From Podarcis muralis (lineage: Eukaryota), in assembly GCF_964188315.1 (NCBI RefSeq), contig NC_135656.1:36642001-36706000 (forward strand): a DNA stretch of 64,000 nt, read 5' to 3'. The position numbers were made by a program, and so were the translations under genes. Positions within the stretch are counted from its first letter, which is position 1. Every line of letters starts with the position of its first letter. A model generated the notes under the pieces. It saw nothing but the letters and a program-made list of their open reading frames with translations, was not told the DNA's origin and did no database searches. Positions 23,365 to 34,172 of the stretch are shown here, piece by piece.

Positions 23365-23908
23365 ATTAAAAGACGCCTGCTTCTTGGGAGGAAAGCAATG
23401 ACAAACCTAGACAGCATCTTAAAAAGCAGAGACATCACCTTGCCAACAAAGGTCCATATAGTTAAAGCTATGGTTTTCCCAGTAGTGATGTATGGAAGTG
23501 AAAGCTGGACCATAAAGAAGGCTAATCGCCAAAGAATTGATGCTTTTGAATTATGGTGCTGGAGGAGACTCTTGAGAGTCCCATGGACTGCAAGAAGATC
23601 AAACCTATCCATTCTTAAGGAAATCAACCCTGAGTGCTCACTGGAAGGACAGATTGTGAAGCTGAGGCTCCAATACTTTGGCCACCTCATGAGAAGAGAA
23701 GACTCCCTGGAAAAGACCCTGATGTTGGGAAAGATGGAGGGCACAAGGAGAAGGGGACGACAGAGGATGAGATGGTGGGACAGTGTTCTTGAAGCTACCA
23801 GCATGAGTTTGACCAAACTGCGGGAGGCAGTGGAAGACAGAAGTGCCTGGCGTGCTCTGGTCCATGGGGTCACGAAGAGTCGGACACGACTAAACGACTA
23901 AACAACAA
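23365..23908 (+). mobile_element. Bov-B (RTE clade) LINE, 5'-truncated 3' end, ORF C-terminus uninterrupted
   Basis: IKRRLLLGRKAMTNLDSILKSRDITLPTKVHIVKAMVFPVVMYGSESWTIKK...RLQYFGHLMRR...ALVHGVTKSRTRLND*; tail actaaacaacaa; TSD-like atgagcaaactca / atgaacaaactca (23909-23921). Confidence 0.96.
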
Positions 23909-24281
23909 ATGAACAAACTCACATCACCTCATTTTAAAGTCCCTTTTTAAGACCTTTTTCCTGCTAGCACTCAGCCAGGACTTCCAATATTCACAGAAGA
24001 TGCTTATCGGAAGGAGAGGAGTGGGTTATGTGTAAGTCTTCCTCCCCTGCCAGTCTACCAACCTACCATTCCTGTAGGTTTTGCTGAGCCACTCCAGGGA
24101 GCATATCGGTTTTGTAGTTTCCTTAACATTTCAAGTTAAAGAAAAAGCCAGAACATGAGGACCTCCACCAAAACTGGGCATGGCACAATGGCTCTAGGAT
24201 AATGTATCACTAGCTCATATTTTTGTGTTGCTCCTATGCAAGACATAACCCACATGACTTTTGTTTGTTTCCCTTGCACAG

Positions 24282-24415
24282 GTGCCGTGTCCGAGTGATT
24301 GACACTTTTGGGACTGAGCCTGCATACAACCATGAGGAATATGCCACACTGCATGGGTACCGGACAAACTGGGGCTATTGGAATCTGAACCCAAAGCAGT
24401 TCATGACAATGTTTC
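24282..24415 (+). CDS. MGAT5B: MGAT5B coding exon E (134 nt, phase 2-1): CRVRVIDTFGTEPAYNHEEYATLHGYRTNWGYWNLNPKQFMTMF(P)
   Basis: Acceptor ccttgcacag|G and donor TTC|gtaagt; the peptide matches MGAT5B. Confidence 0.97.
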
Positions 24416-24739
24416 GTAAGTGGTATCAACATTTGACAGTGATTTGCCATGGAGAGGTGTGTGATGACAGTGGGTGCTCAGATATAATAACAAACCCTTT
24501 CTGAGTAAGGCTAGAAGTCCATGGCATCCAACTTTCCCTTGCCCAATGCTCTCCAGCTGTTCTGGACTACAGCACTATATTTTACTTTCTATTTTTTACA
24601 TTAGCTGCTTTGAGCATCACTTGGTGGAAAAGTGAGATATAAATTTAACAAGCAAATAACCTGTTTTCTGCTCTCTCCAATGACTTGTATTCAGAGATGA
24701 CTTGCAAATATGGAAGGGGTGTTTGTTTGCTTGTTAGTT

Positions 24740-25080
24740 TGCTATCATGGCCAATATCTGCTAATAGGGATATCTTTCCCACCCCCTTTTAAAGCTATTT
24801 TAGTTAGTGAATTCCACAAGCTAATTGTGCATTGTGTGAAAAGCTTCTTCCTTTTGCATGTCCTGAATCTCCTGGCCATAAACTTCATTGAATAGCTCTG
24901 AGTACTAATGTTATGAGAGAGGAAGAAACATTATCAATATCTACTTCCTCCCAAAACATGCAGAATTTTATGAACTTTTACAATGCCCCCCTTAGTTATC
25001 CCCCTGCTTTAAAAGGTTCCACATTTTTCAGCTTTCCTCATGGAGAAAGTCTTCCGAGTTCTACATTTTGAACAATTTGT
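24740..25080 (-). mobile_element. Degraded CR1 LINE fragment (approximate limits)
   Basis: tgaattccacaagctaatt...gtgtgaaaagcttcttccttt...tcctgaatct...gttatgagaga resembles the antisense CR1 3' region. Confidence 0.55.
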
Positions 25081-25423
25081 CTACTGTCCAGGGTACTGAA
25101 AGTCCTGTCTCCAATACCACTTGTTCATGGAGTCATGACCCAGGAATAGTTTCTTCCCTGCCTGTCCTTCCACTCTGCCCCAGTCTGCTTCCAGATCAAC
25201 ATCCTCCCAACTTGTCCATGGGTTCTGCCTCACCAGGAATGAGCACATATGAAAAAGAAAAGGCATCGTTTGAGGTTGCTTAATCTGTCCATACTTAATT
25301 CAGCACAGATAAACCCCAAGTACTTGTTACGTTCTTTGCTCTGAAAGTAGCAAATCATTTTCTGAGCTGTCATTTATTCACATGACCACTTGACTGATTC
25401 ACATGATTGTTTTTCAAGTGTCC

Positions 25424-25426
<3 letters not shown>

Positions 25427-25462
<36 letters not shown>
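25427..25462. repeat. (CA)18 microsatellite
   Basis: Read directly from the sequence. Confidence 0.95.
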
Positions 25463-25464
<2 letters not shown>

Positions 25465-27624
25465 ATACACCCTCGGCTTGGATTGCAGGTTGAACCAATG
25501 GCCTGAATCGCTTGTCTAGAGTAGAATTTATTGACACACCATTCTCAAAGCTGGTAGAAATAAAACACAGGGAATATATCTGGAAGCTTTCCAAGATGAA
25601 GAAGCCCCAAAAGTATCATGAAGACAGGAACTGAAAGTTCCTGTGCCCTGTGTTATGTCCGTGCCATGAAAAGGGTAGTAGAGATACTGTCACATTTGCA
25701 CCTCCAAGTTGATTTCCCAAGGGTTCTGGATAGGCAGATTTGCTGCTTCCACCTGACCTTAACCTTGACAATGATGCCCCAAGGAAAAGCTAGTTTAATG
25801 GGGCCTGCCTTTTTAATTAGCTTTCATACTTTACTGTCCCACTCCCACTGTTTTTGCTAATTATGTTTCCAGGCTGTCCCAGCATCTCCCCTTCTCCCCA
25901 GCATGGCCAGGGTGAAAGACTTGTAACAGACACAGAGCTATTTCGATGCAAGTAACTCTCTCCAGCTCTCTGGGAGCTGCCAAGATAACCAATCATTCCT
26001 CGCCCAGCTAGAAGCACAGTGACAGCAGGAAGAGTAGGATGTGGTGTCATGGTAAAAATATCTTCAGGACTGTATTGGAAATGAAATAAATGGGCCTTTG
26101 CAAACCAGCAGTTAGGAGAAAGCTTTATTTTTGTGTTCCCTCCTTTGAGACATGGCATTGCACAAATTACCGTATTTTTTGCCCCATAGGATGCACTTTT
26201 CCCCCTCCAAAAATGAATGGGAAATGTGTGTGCGTCCTATGGGGCGAATGCAGGCTTTCGCTGAAGCCTGGAGAGCGAGAGGCATCAGTGGGCACCGACC
26301 CCTCTCACTCTCCAGGCTTTGCGCAGATCTCCGCAAGCCATGGGAGCCCAGCGCTGGGCTCCCGCTGCTTGCGGAGAGTTGCCTGCATGACAAACACACA
26401 CTTCCTGCAGAATACGGCTTCCCCACCACACCAAACTTTATCCTCCCAGTAACTCTGTGGAGTAGATCCCTGATTGTGCAGACAAGTCCATCAGTGAACA
26501 GTTCGTATGAAGATAGCATTTAGTCGCATGATCTACCAAACACATCTACTGCCTTCTGCCACCACCCCATCCTCCAGCATTCTCCCCCAGCTGCTGGATT
26601 CCTGTTGTTACTTCCCAAAAATATATCCTGTGACATTTCAGTGATCATGGAAATCTACTGAACTGCATGGCCAAAATGTCACCTGAGAAAACAAGTGATA
26701 AAAAGCGCATGAACACCTTAAGAGCTATCCATAATAATCAGTAACCTGTAATTTTGGAAGGTTGTTTATCATTCTAAAAATGAAAGCCCAATAGAAGAAG
26801 CAAACACAGAGGGGACCCCCCAGCATTGAGAAATTACAGTTTGTTTGAAAATTACTTGGATATTTGAAGCTTAATCTTACAAGTGGTGGCTGTATTAGAC
26901 TTGACTTTGCAAGCAGCAAACCAATAACATGTGTTGAATGCATCCTCTAAGGCAATTCAGCTCTAAAGCAATTCAATTTCTTCAACATTTGGGTTTTTTA
27001 AAAAATAAAAATAATAATAATAAAGCTGTTATAGCTCCAGAGAATTAAGATAAGATTATACTCAGATTACATGTTTTTAAAAAAAGTTGCGCCAAAGTGA
27101 AAATTCTCAATGTTTCAATATATTTTTTAAAAAAGCATTTTCCAGGGTTGATGCATTTTATTTTTGTTAATTGCCATCCCTGCCTCATGTAGCCCACTCT
27201 ACTAGATGTCGGTGTTGTTTAATGAGAAGAAAAATATAAAGTATTTCTGGGTTATTCCATTATTAAATCAAAGATGTTATGTAATGGAGGGTGTAAAATA
27301 TCTCAATGGACTCATTTCTAAAATTAATGTAACTGACTTGTAAACTAACGAAGCAGATCTCCTGTGAATTATCAGAAAATGCAATCGTGGTAGCATATGT
27401 GGGAGGACATGTGGCACTTTTTATATTATAAAACCATGTGATGGTAGAAAGTCGAGTATGAGTGCAAAATTCAATGCAGCCCTAGCAAAGAGCCTGCGAG
27501 GCTTCTTTCCACAGCCTGTGAGGCATCCCATTGGGAATGGGGTGTTTGTGTTACTGAGAACAGAGAGGAAATCTCTGGAGAAACCTAATGCAAGTCAAAT
27601 GCATGGATGTTTATTTCTTTGCAG

Positions 27625-27755
27625 CTCATACGCCTGACAATTCCTTCATGGGTTTTGTGTCTGAGGAGCTCAATGAAACAGAGAAGCAATTTATTAAATC
27701 CAACAAGGCTAACAACATGGCAGTGGTATATGGGAAAGAAGCCAGCATTTGGAAG
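27625..27755 (+). CDS. MGAT5B: MGAT5B coding exon F (131 nt, phase 1-0): HTPDNSFMGFVSEELNETEKQFIKSNKANNMAVVYGKEASIWK
   Basis: Acceptor tttctttgcag|CT and donor AAG|gtgggt; HTPDNSFMGF and AVVYGK motifs. Confidence 0.97.
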
Positions 27756-28821
27756 GTGGGTAGCAAATAAAATAGTGGAACTTTTTAACAGTGTCAAAGG
27801 CATTTAATCACCCAATCATGGTCCAAAGTGTGCTAAATACTCTGTGGCTGCAATCTTATGCAAACCTATTTAGGAATACATCTAACTGAACTCTGTGGGA
27901 CTTCTTTTGAGTAATTAGGTATGGAGTGCATCTCTTATAACATTTAACAAATGGATGAGGAACCTGTGTCTCTCCCAATGGTTTTTTTTTTTTTTTTGAC
28001 TCCATCTTCCATCAGCTCTAGCCAGTATGGCCAATGGTCAGAAATGACTCTATTGTAATGACTGTAGTTTGTTTTAATAGATTTCAGCAGCAGCAGCAAC
28101 AACAACATGATGGTGTTGCTGGTGCAAGTTGCAGTCCAATAACAGTGGATGCCACAGGTTCCTCATCCCAGACACAGCAGAGGACCATATGAAGAGTTAT
28201 AGGTTTCATCCAAATAATTCTTTAACTTTCAGGACCAGTTTAGGCCTTTGATAGGTACAGCCGGATCTTGCCTGGTTGCAAATGCAAAGGATGAGGGGCT
28301 TCTCTTTCACATAGAACTACACACACATCAACACACACACATCCTTTGTTTAAATGCCAAGTCCCACAGTGAGAGGACTAAGTGAATGTTGTCACTCTAT
28401 GTACTCTATCCATGGACCACTCTATATAAACATAAGCATTTGAAAGCTTTTATGAGCTACTTAGCCTGTTCTCTTCATTCATCTCTGCTGCATTATTCCT
28501 TGCAGCAGCAAATAGTAATGGTGGGCCCAAGAAAGCGTGAGGAAGGAACCATTGTGTTCATGTCATGCTATTTAAAAAGTGCTTTTAAGAACTTTAAAAT
28601 GCTTATCATATATGGATCTTCAACTCCCCTGTTGCCGAACCTTCCCCAGTAATCATGATGCCACCCTGAAGTTATGGGGATTGGGTGAATTCGTGGAGGA
28701 GGAGGGGACAAGCATGAGCTACTGTCTGTGACAGTTAAATGAATACCAGTGCCAGGATAGTTTGGGGTAGTTGAAAACAACCATACAGGAGGCTGAATTG
28801 CCTTTATGGCCTGCTTACACT

Positions 28822-29072
28822 GAGAGCCAGTGTGGTGTAGTGGTTAAGAGCGGTAGTCTCGTAATCTGGTGAACCGGGTTCACGTCTCCACTCCTCCACA
28901 TGCAGCTGCTGGGTGACCTTGGGCTAGTCACACTTCTCTGAAGTCTCTCAGCCCCATTCACCTCACAGAGTGTTTGTTGTGGGGGGGGGGAGGGAAAGGA
29001 GAACATTAGCCGCTTTGAGACTCCTTTGGGTAGTGATAAAGCGGGATATCAAATCCAAACTCTTCTTCTTCT
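28822..29072 (+). mobile_element. tRNA-derived SINE with MIR/CORE-like middle and L2-type tail (Squam2-like)
   Basis: Head gagagccagtgtggtgtagtggttaagag, B-box-like gggttcacgtc, core gctgggtgaccttgggctagtcac, tail gccgctttgagactcc...aaagcgggatatc and (ttc)n. Confidence 0.8.
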
Positions 29073-29282
29073 ATTTGGAAGCACTGGATTGGGCTCTGTT
29101 CAGAAATGATGCTTGGCTAAATGAGACCTTGGTACAACCCAACAGAGCTTTCCTGAAGCTCTGTTGGTTCCTGGTTGCTTCAGAGCATTTCTGAGATCTT
29201 TTTAGTTTGTTGCCATTGATGCAGAGGAACTAACTCTCATTCCTTCTTCCTTCTCTCTGTGTGCCCACCATGGGATTTCCAG

Positions 29283-29288
29283 CTGCAG
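29283..29288 (+). CDS. MGAT5B: MGAT5B 6-nt microexon (CTGCAG = Leu-Gln, phase 0-0), probably alternatively spliced
   Basis: Branch-like ACTAAC at ~29229-29234, then a pyrimidine tract at 29235-29260, TGC at 29262-29264, ttccag|CTGCAG|gtaaac. It inserts LQ between IWK and GKEK, the junction where I recall human MGAT5B isoforms differing by LQ. Confidence 0.88.
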
Positions 29289-29399
29289 GTAAACAGAAAA
29301 TCATTTTTAACTATGTGCTTTTTATGTGTATTATTTCGATTTGCATACCCGTTTGCGCTGACAAAATGGAATTTTATTTGAAGGCTACATTGCAATGTG

Positions 29400-29690
29400 T
29401 ACGTGTACAAAAATACATACACTAGTGTAAAGTGTGCATATCAGTGCATATAATCATGAAAATAACATGGAACATGCAGTATATTAGGGTACATCACCTT
29501 GGGGGGAATGCATATATTGGAGAAAACTGCATATAAAAATGTGCATGCCAGGAGATGTTAAACTAAATTGCTGGTGAATTTTCCGAAGCGCTTCAAAAAA
29601 AATCTGATATAAAAATGGGGGGAATTGAATTTAAGGTTGGAAAAATGAGAAACTGATAAAAATTAAAATTGACAAATTCACCCATCTCTG
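29400..29690 (+). mobile_element. TAGGG-terminus hAT family, 3' portion (approximate start)
   Basis: gcatatattggagaaaactgcatataaaaatgtg...aattgacaaattcacccatctctg matches the 3' half of the 4298 and 40016 copies. Confidence 0.6.
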
Positions 29691-30720
29691 TCCACCCCCA
29701 CCCCCCACATATGGAGCCCAGGCCCCCAAGTTCCAGTGTGTGCCTTCAGAGTAGAATACTTGAACCACAACACCTCTCATTTTTGAATCAAACCCAGGTG
29801 GTGAATGGCTTGGCTTCTTCCCTTTGCTGTTTTGTTTTGCTTGCATGTTGTTTCCTCTGCACACTTCTGTTTTCCAGGGGGAAAGCAGGTCAATTACCCC
29901 TGAGTGTAGAAGCAAATCCTGCCTAGAGAACGCTTCCTCTCCACACCCCCCCCTTCCACCCCCCTCTTGCACAGCTTTACTTGATGCAAACATTGTGCAT
30001 CTCAAGTTATGGAAATCTCTTGTGCATCAACATGTGATTGTTCATCACACAGATTTCTATCCAGCAAACTGAAATATGTGCCATCAGGAGTGCAGTGGAG
30101 GGTTTTTAAATTATCGCTTCCGCTAAGCAAGAACTCGATGCAGAAACCATAGGTTTTGTTTGAAGATGATTATAACAATATTCACCCAAACCATATTTGC
30201 CGGAACCTGTGATGCACCGTAGATGTATTACAACTTCCTTATTCACTTTAGCATGCATTTGATTTGAAAGAAAGAATTAATGTACTATAAACACAAAAGC
30301 AATATCAAGTGGATGTTCTCCAATGTGGCATCTGCTTATGCAACAGGGCTCCTCTTTTCTCTCCTCCTCTTCATACCCCCCAAAATCAGCTCCAGACAGC
30401 TGATGCGGGGCATTCAGGAAGGTGGCGGAGGGAGTAGAGAAATGCGAAGTCCCATTGCACAATATGCTTTCCATTGCAAAAGCAGGCAGACATCATATCT
30501 ATCTATCCATCTATCCAGACACACTATGCATATCTCCCATTATTTTATCAAATGCTGTCTGTAATATTCATATCCATTCTAAGAAACTCACACCTGATCT
30601 GAATATACTCCATTTTATTCCTCTAAGTATAAACCCTATTTTGTATTGCAAATGATCGCTTCAATGTGCTTATCTACCTGCCTTTAAAAAGTATACTGGG
30701 CTCAGTGATCATTTGCAATA

Positions 30721-31220
30721 CGAACCGCATGCTGACAGCTCAAAGGTCACTCGTGGTTCGAGGACCCGATCCCCGCGTAGTGAAATGAAGACACAAGGAC
30801 AAGTAATATAAGGTTAATGGGCGAGAAAAGGCCACAACTTTATTGATTACAGCAAGTGAAAAGGTATTGGCTTAGGCATTGGATCACGTGACTTGACTCC
30901 ACCCACGCAGAGAGGGATGAGTCTGCAAAGGGGGGTTTATTCACCAGTAGGTGGAGTCCGTTGATGCTAATCCAACTATAAGCTCTCCCCTGATGTCACC
31001 AAGGGTCGTGCCATGGCCCCCCGCCACATAGGCATCAGACAGGATCCACGACCTCCGGATTCCTTTAATGGAATACCCAAAAATTGAAGGCGTAGGTGAT
31101 GGCCACACCTAGCCCTTCCACACACCGCAACATATTCCAATGCCTAACCGCCACCCGAGCCCAACAGGCTCACCGCCTTGTCTCATACATCCCACAGACT
31201 CTTGTATGAGAGACCTTACA
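30721..31220 (-). mobile_element. Probable solo LTR (ERV-like), CpG-rich
   Basis: Minus strand starts TGTAAGG (31220) and carries AATAAA (plus-strand tttatt at ~30839-30844). Possible 6-bp TSD gcaata / gaaata; the left boundary is ambiguous (alternative 30786 with a 4-bp gaaa TSD). Confidence 0.5.
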
Positions 31221-32691
31221 GAAATAAGACGATTCCAAGCCCTCATGGAGTGCACTGGATGCTTCCAACTGGCCAACTCAAAATGAATTTGCTCCTTTTG
31301 TTGAATTGCACAATTTTTGTTTTGGTTGTGAGCTGGTGCACAATTTTTATTCATTATTGTTTCCATCAGTTTCTGAAAACATCCTTAGACATGACTGTGC
31401 AATCCTTTCAGTCTCTGGTGTATTGTACATGGGCCCAAGTCATGATGTGACATGCCAGAGGCCTCCCACTATACAGGGCAAGACTTGGCACAGCCCAGAT
31501 CTGCATGACAAGGCAAAGCATCTCTGTGCTTACATGAGGGGGCCTCATGCGAAGGTCCATTTTAAAGCCTGGCATTCCCATAATGGAATCTAAAACAGAA
31601 GCGTCAGCAGAATTCAGACTTGGATACTGGGCTTTATGAAAAATGTCCCCTACCCATGTGAGCCAACTCAGTCTTGTTCCCATCAAACATCTGACCGATC
31701 AACCCAGCAGTTGGTGTGTGATGTTTTGCATGTGCAGAAAGTGCTGCACACTTCTTAGTGGTTTTACGCTTCAGCCAGAATACCAAATGTGGTGGAAGAA
31801 TTGAAACAGATCTTTAAGTGTATCAGCATCCCCCAGTGGCAGCAAAAGTTGCATCACTTCTCTGAGTGCTTGAGGCAGGTGTCTGCTGCAGACAACACAG
31901 GGAGGATAAGCGAGAGCAAGGCTTGGCCATTAAAGTTCCCAGCCTTCTTTGTCTACTAAACCAGAGACCATACAGTAATTTCTGTGGCTGGGAAGAGCTT
32001 CCTCTTTAGGCTGGGCTTCAATGAAGCCCAGGTCTCGATTGCTGTTTGTACCTCTGCTCTCACCCCTAACTTTAATTTGGCTGGTTTGTGTCTTCTAATG
32101 CTGAAAAGTGTGGAGAAATTGGGGGAAGAAGGGAGAGCAGAAAGCAGTCTGTTCTGCAAAGGACAATGCTGACCACAGCTGAATTCGAAGGGGAAGTTAC
32201 TTCTCTTGTGCAGAATTTATGCTGGCAGGGAAAAGAGATCCATGCTTGGAAACATTGTGTGACATGTATTGATCTGCTAGCCTACTCATTTGATAGAGTG
32301 ATAATGAAGTCCTTACCAGCTACGTGCAATTCTTAAAAGGCAACATCAAATGAGCTTCAGAGTTAATCAACCTAATGCGGGGCTCATTCCCAAAAGGAAA
32401 CATGCTGGGAAGCTGCAAGATAACACCTAAAACATATGTGGAGAACCTTGGCCCAGTTCCATGCATGTGGGGGAGCCTGGAGGGAGAGAAGGAGCTCTCT
32501 ACAAACCATCAGTTCAGCTCTTAGGCAACATCTCCTTTTCCCAGGAAAAAGAAGTTTCCCCACCTCTGATAGGACAACTGGTACCTGCTTTTCAAAATAG
32601 CATACCACCTACATAATTTGATCAGACATAAGCTTATTCCAAAGAGCAGGACCTCCCTTTAAGAACAGGATACCTTTTGAATGCTCTAAGG

Positions 32692-32829
32692 CAGCGGTTC
32701 TCAACCTGTGGGTCCCCAGATGTTGTTGGACTACAACTCCAATCATCCCTGAGCTCTGGCCTTGCTAGCTAGGGGGGATGGGAGTTGTAGTTCAACAACA
32801 TCTGGGGACCCACAGGTTAAGAAAGGCTG
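32692..32829. mobile_element. Young palindromic hAT (Charlie-like) MITE, 138 bp, copy 1
   Basis: cagcggttctcaacctgtggg...cccacaggttaagaaaggctg; perfect 8-bp TSD ctctaagg at 32684-32691 and 32830-32837. Confidence 0.92.
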
Positions 32830-33445
32830 CTCTAAGGGCATGGTAACATAATGTACTGGCATCACATTTTTTCTAACTGCTCAAGGCACTTCATTTTAGA
32901 TTGCTACTTACAACATAGGAGCCAACTCCTAGGGGCCGAGGTCCCTTCACACACCCCCAATAAAATATTTGAGGGGCCGTCCCTCCCCCATTTTGATGGG
33001 CATTGCCATTCAAATGATGTGCATGTGCCGCGTCTTGTGATCAGTTATGTGGAGCAGGGCTTACATGCCCCCTCCATATTTTATTCAGGTTGGAACCCCT
33101 GACTTACAATAACCTGTTTAGGTAGGCCAGTATTATCTCCATATTATACAGGTGGTGGCTGAGACTGAGAGATGGAGCAGCTTGCCTAAGACACACCCAG
33201 TATGCTCATGCTTGGAGTGTGAATTTAAATCAGGCACATATCAGATACCCTAATCATTATACTAGCTGATCTCCCATTGTCTCTGCCGGGGTACATTTTT
33301 ATTTGCTTGCTTAATTGGGGAAAGGTTACCATCTGGATGAGCCATGACAAAATGTATGCAGCTGGATGTAATTTTATATGTCCTCACGAATTCTGAACTT
33401 TGTGACTGGCAATCACAGATGAATTTCTTTCCTTTCTTTTCTCAG

Positions 33446-33601
33446 GGCAAAGAGAAGTTTCTAGCCATCCTGAACAAGTACATGGAGATCCATGGCACTG
33501 TTTATTACGAAACACAGCGCCCGCCTGAAGTCCCAGCTTTTGTGAAGAATCATGGTCTCTTGCCACAACATGAGTTCCAGCAACTCCTGAGAAAAGCCAA
33601 G
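33446..33601 (+). CDS. MGAT5B: MGAT5B coding exon G (156 nt, phase 0-0): GKEKFLAILNKYMEIHGTVYYETQRPPEVPAFVKNHGLLPQHEFQQLLRKAK
   Basis: Acceptor ttttctcag|GGC and donor AAG|gtattt; the peptide matches MGAT5B. Confidence 0.97.
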
Positions 33602-33825
33602 GTATTTGCCACAGGCAGAAAGAAAGAGGGCTGCGGCCAAATGAAACTCTGGCAATAAGAAATTCTCCAGTTGTGGGATTGTTTTTTAAGAGTTATGTGC
33701 CAATCTGCTATAAGGCAAAGGTCTTGGAGAATGCAATGGAAATATTGTGGCAATAAAGATGTGGGGATCCACAGGGGGCAAAACCCTTAGGCAGTGCTCC
33801 AGGGATGGTAATGGTGGTTGGCTGT

Positions 33826-33983
33826 NNNNNNNNNNNNNNNNNNNNNNNNNNNNNNNNNNNNNNNNNNNNNNNNNNNNNNNNNNNNNNNNNNNNNNNNNNN
33901 NNNNNNNNNNNNNNNNNNNNNNNNNNNNNNNNNNNNNNNNNNNNNNNNNNNNNNNNNNNNNNNNNNNNNNNNNNNNNNNNNNN
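33826..33983. other. Assembly gap (158 N)
   Basis: Run of N. Confidence 1.
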
Positions 33984-34040
33984 GCGGGGAGGGGAAGTTG
34001 ATGTTTAATGTTTTGCTTTGTATATGTGATTATGGAAAAA

Positions 34041-34066
34041 CTCTCTCTCACACACACACACACACA

Positions 34067-34108
<42 letters not shown>
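34041..34108. repeat. Compound (CT)4(CA)n microsatellite with one GA interruption
   Basis: Read directly from the sequence. Confidence 0.95.
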
Positions 34109-34111
<3 letters not shown>

Positions 34112-34172
34112 GACAAAATAAAAGGGGGGAAATTAGAATAAGCAGCAGTAAGGAGTGGTTTCTGGCACTTTA

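Noticed and set aside
23250-23873. 207-aa minus-strand ORF
   Set aside because: It is the antisense shadow of the Bov-B coding strand.
24280-24290. AG|GT at the starts of exons E, I and J as recursive splice sites
   Set aside because: The GT belongs to conserved codons (Arg/Cys, Val, Val) and the resulting donors (GTGCCG, GTACCC, GTTGAT) are poor.
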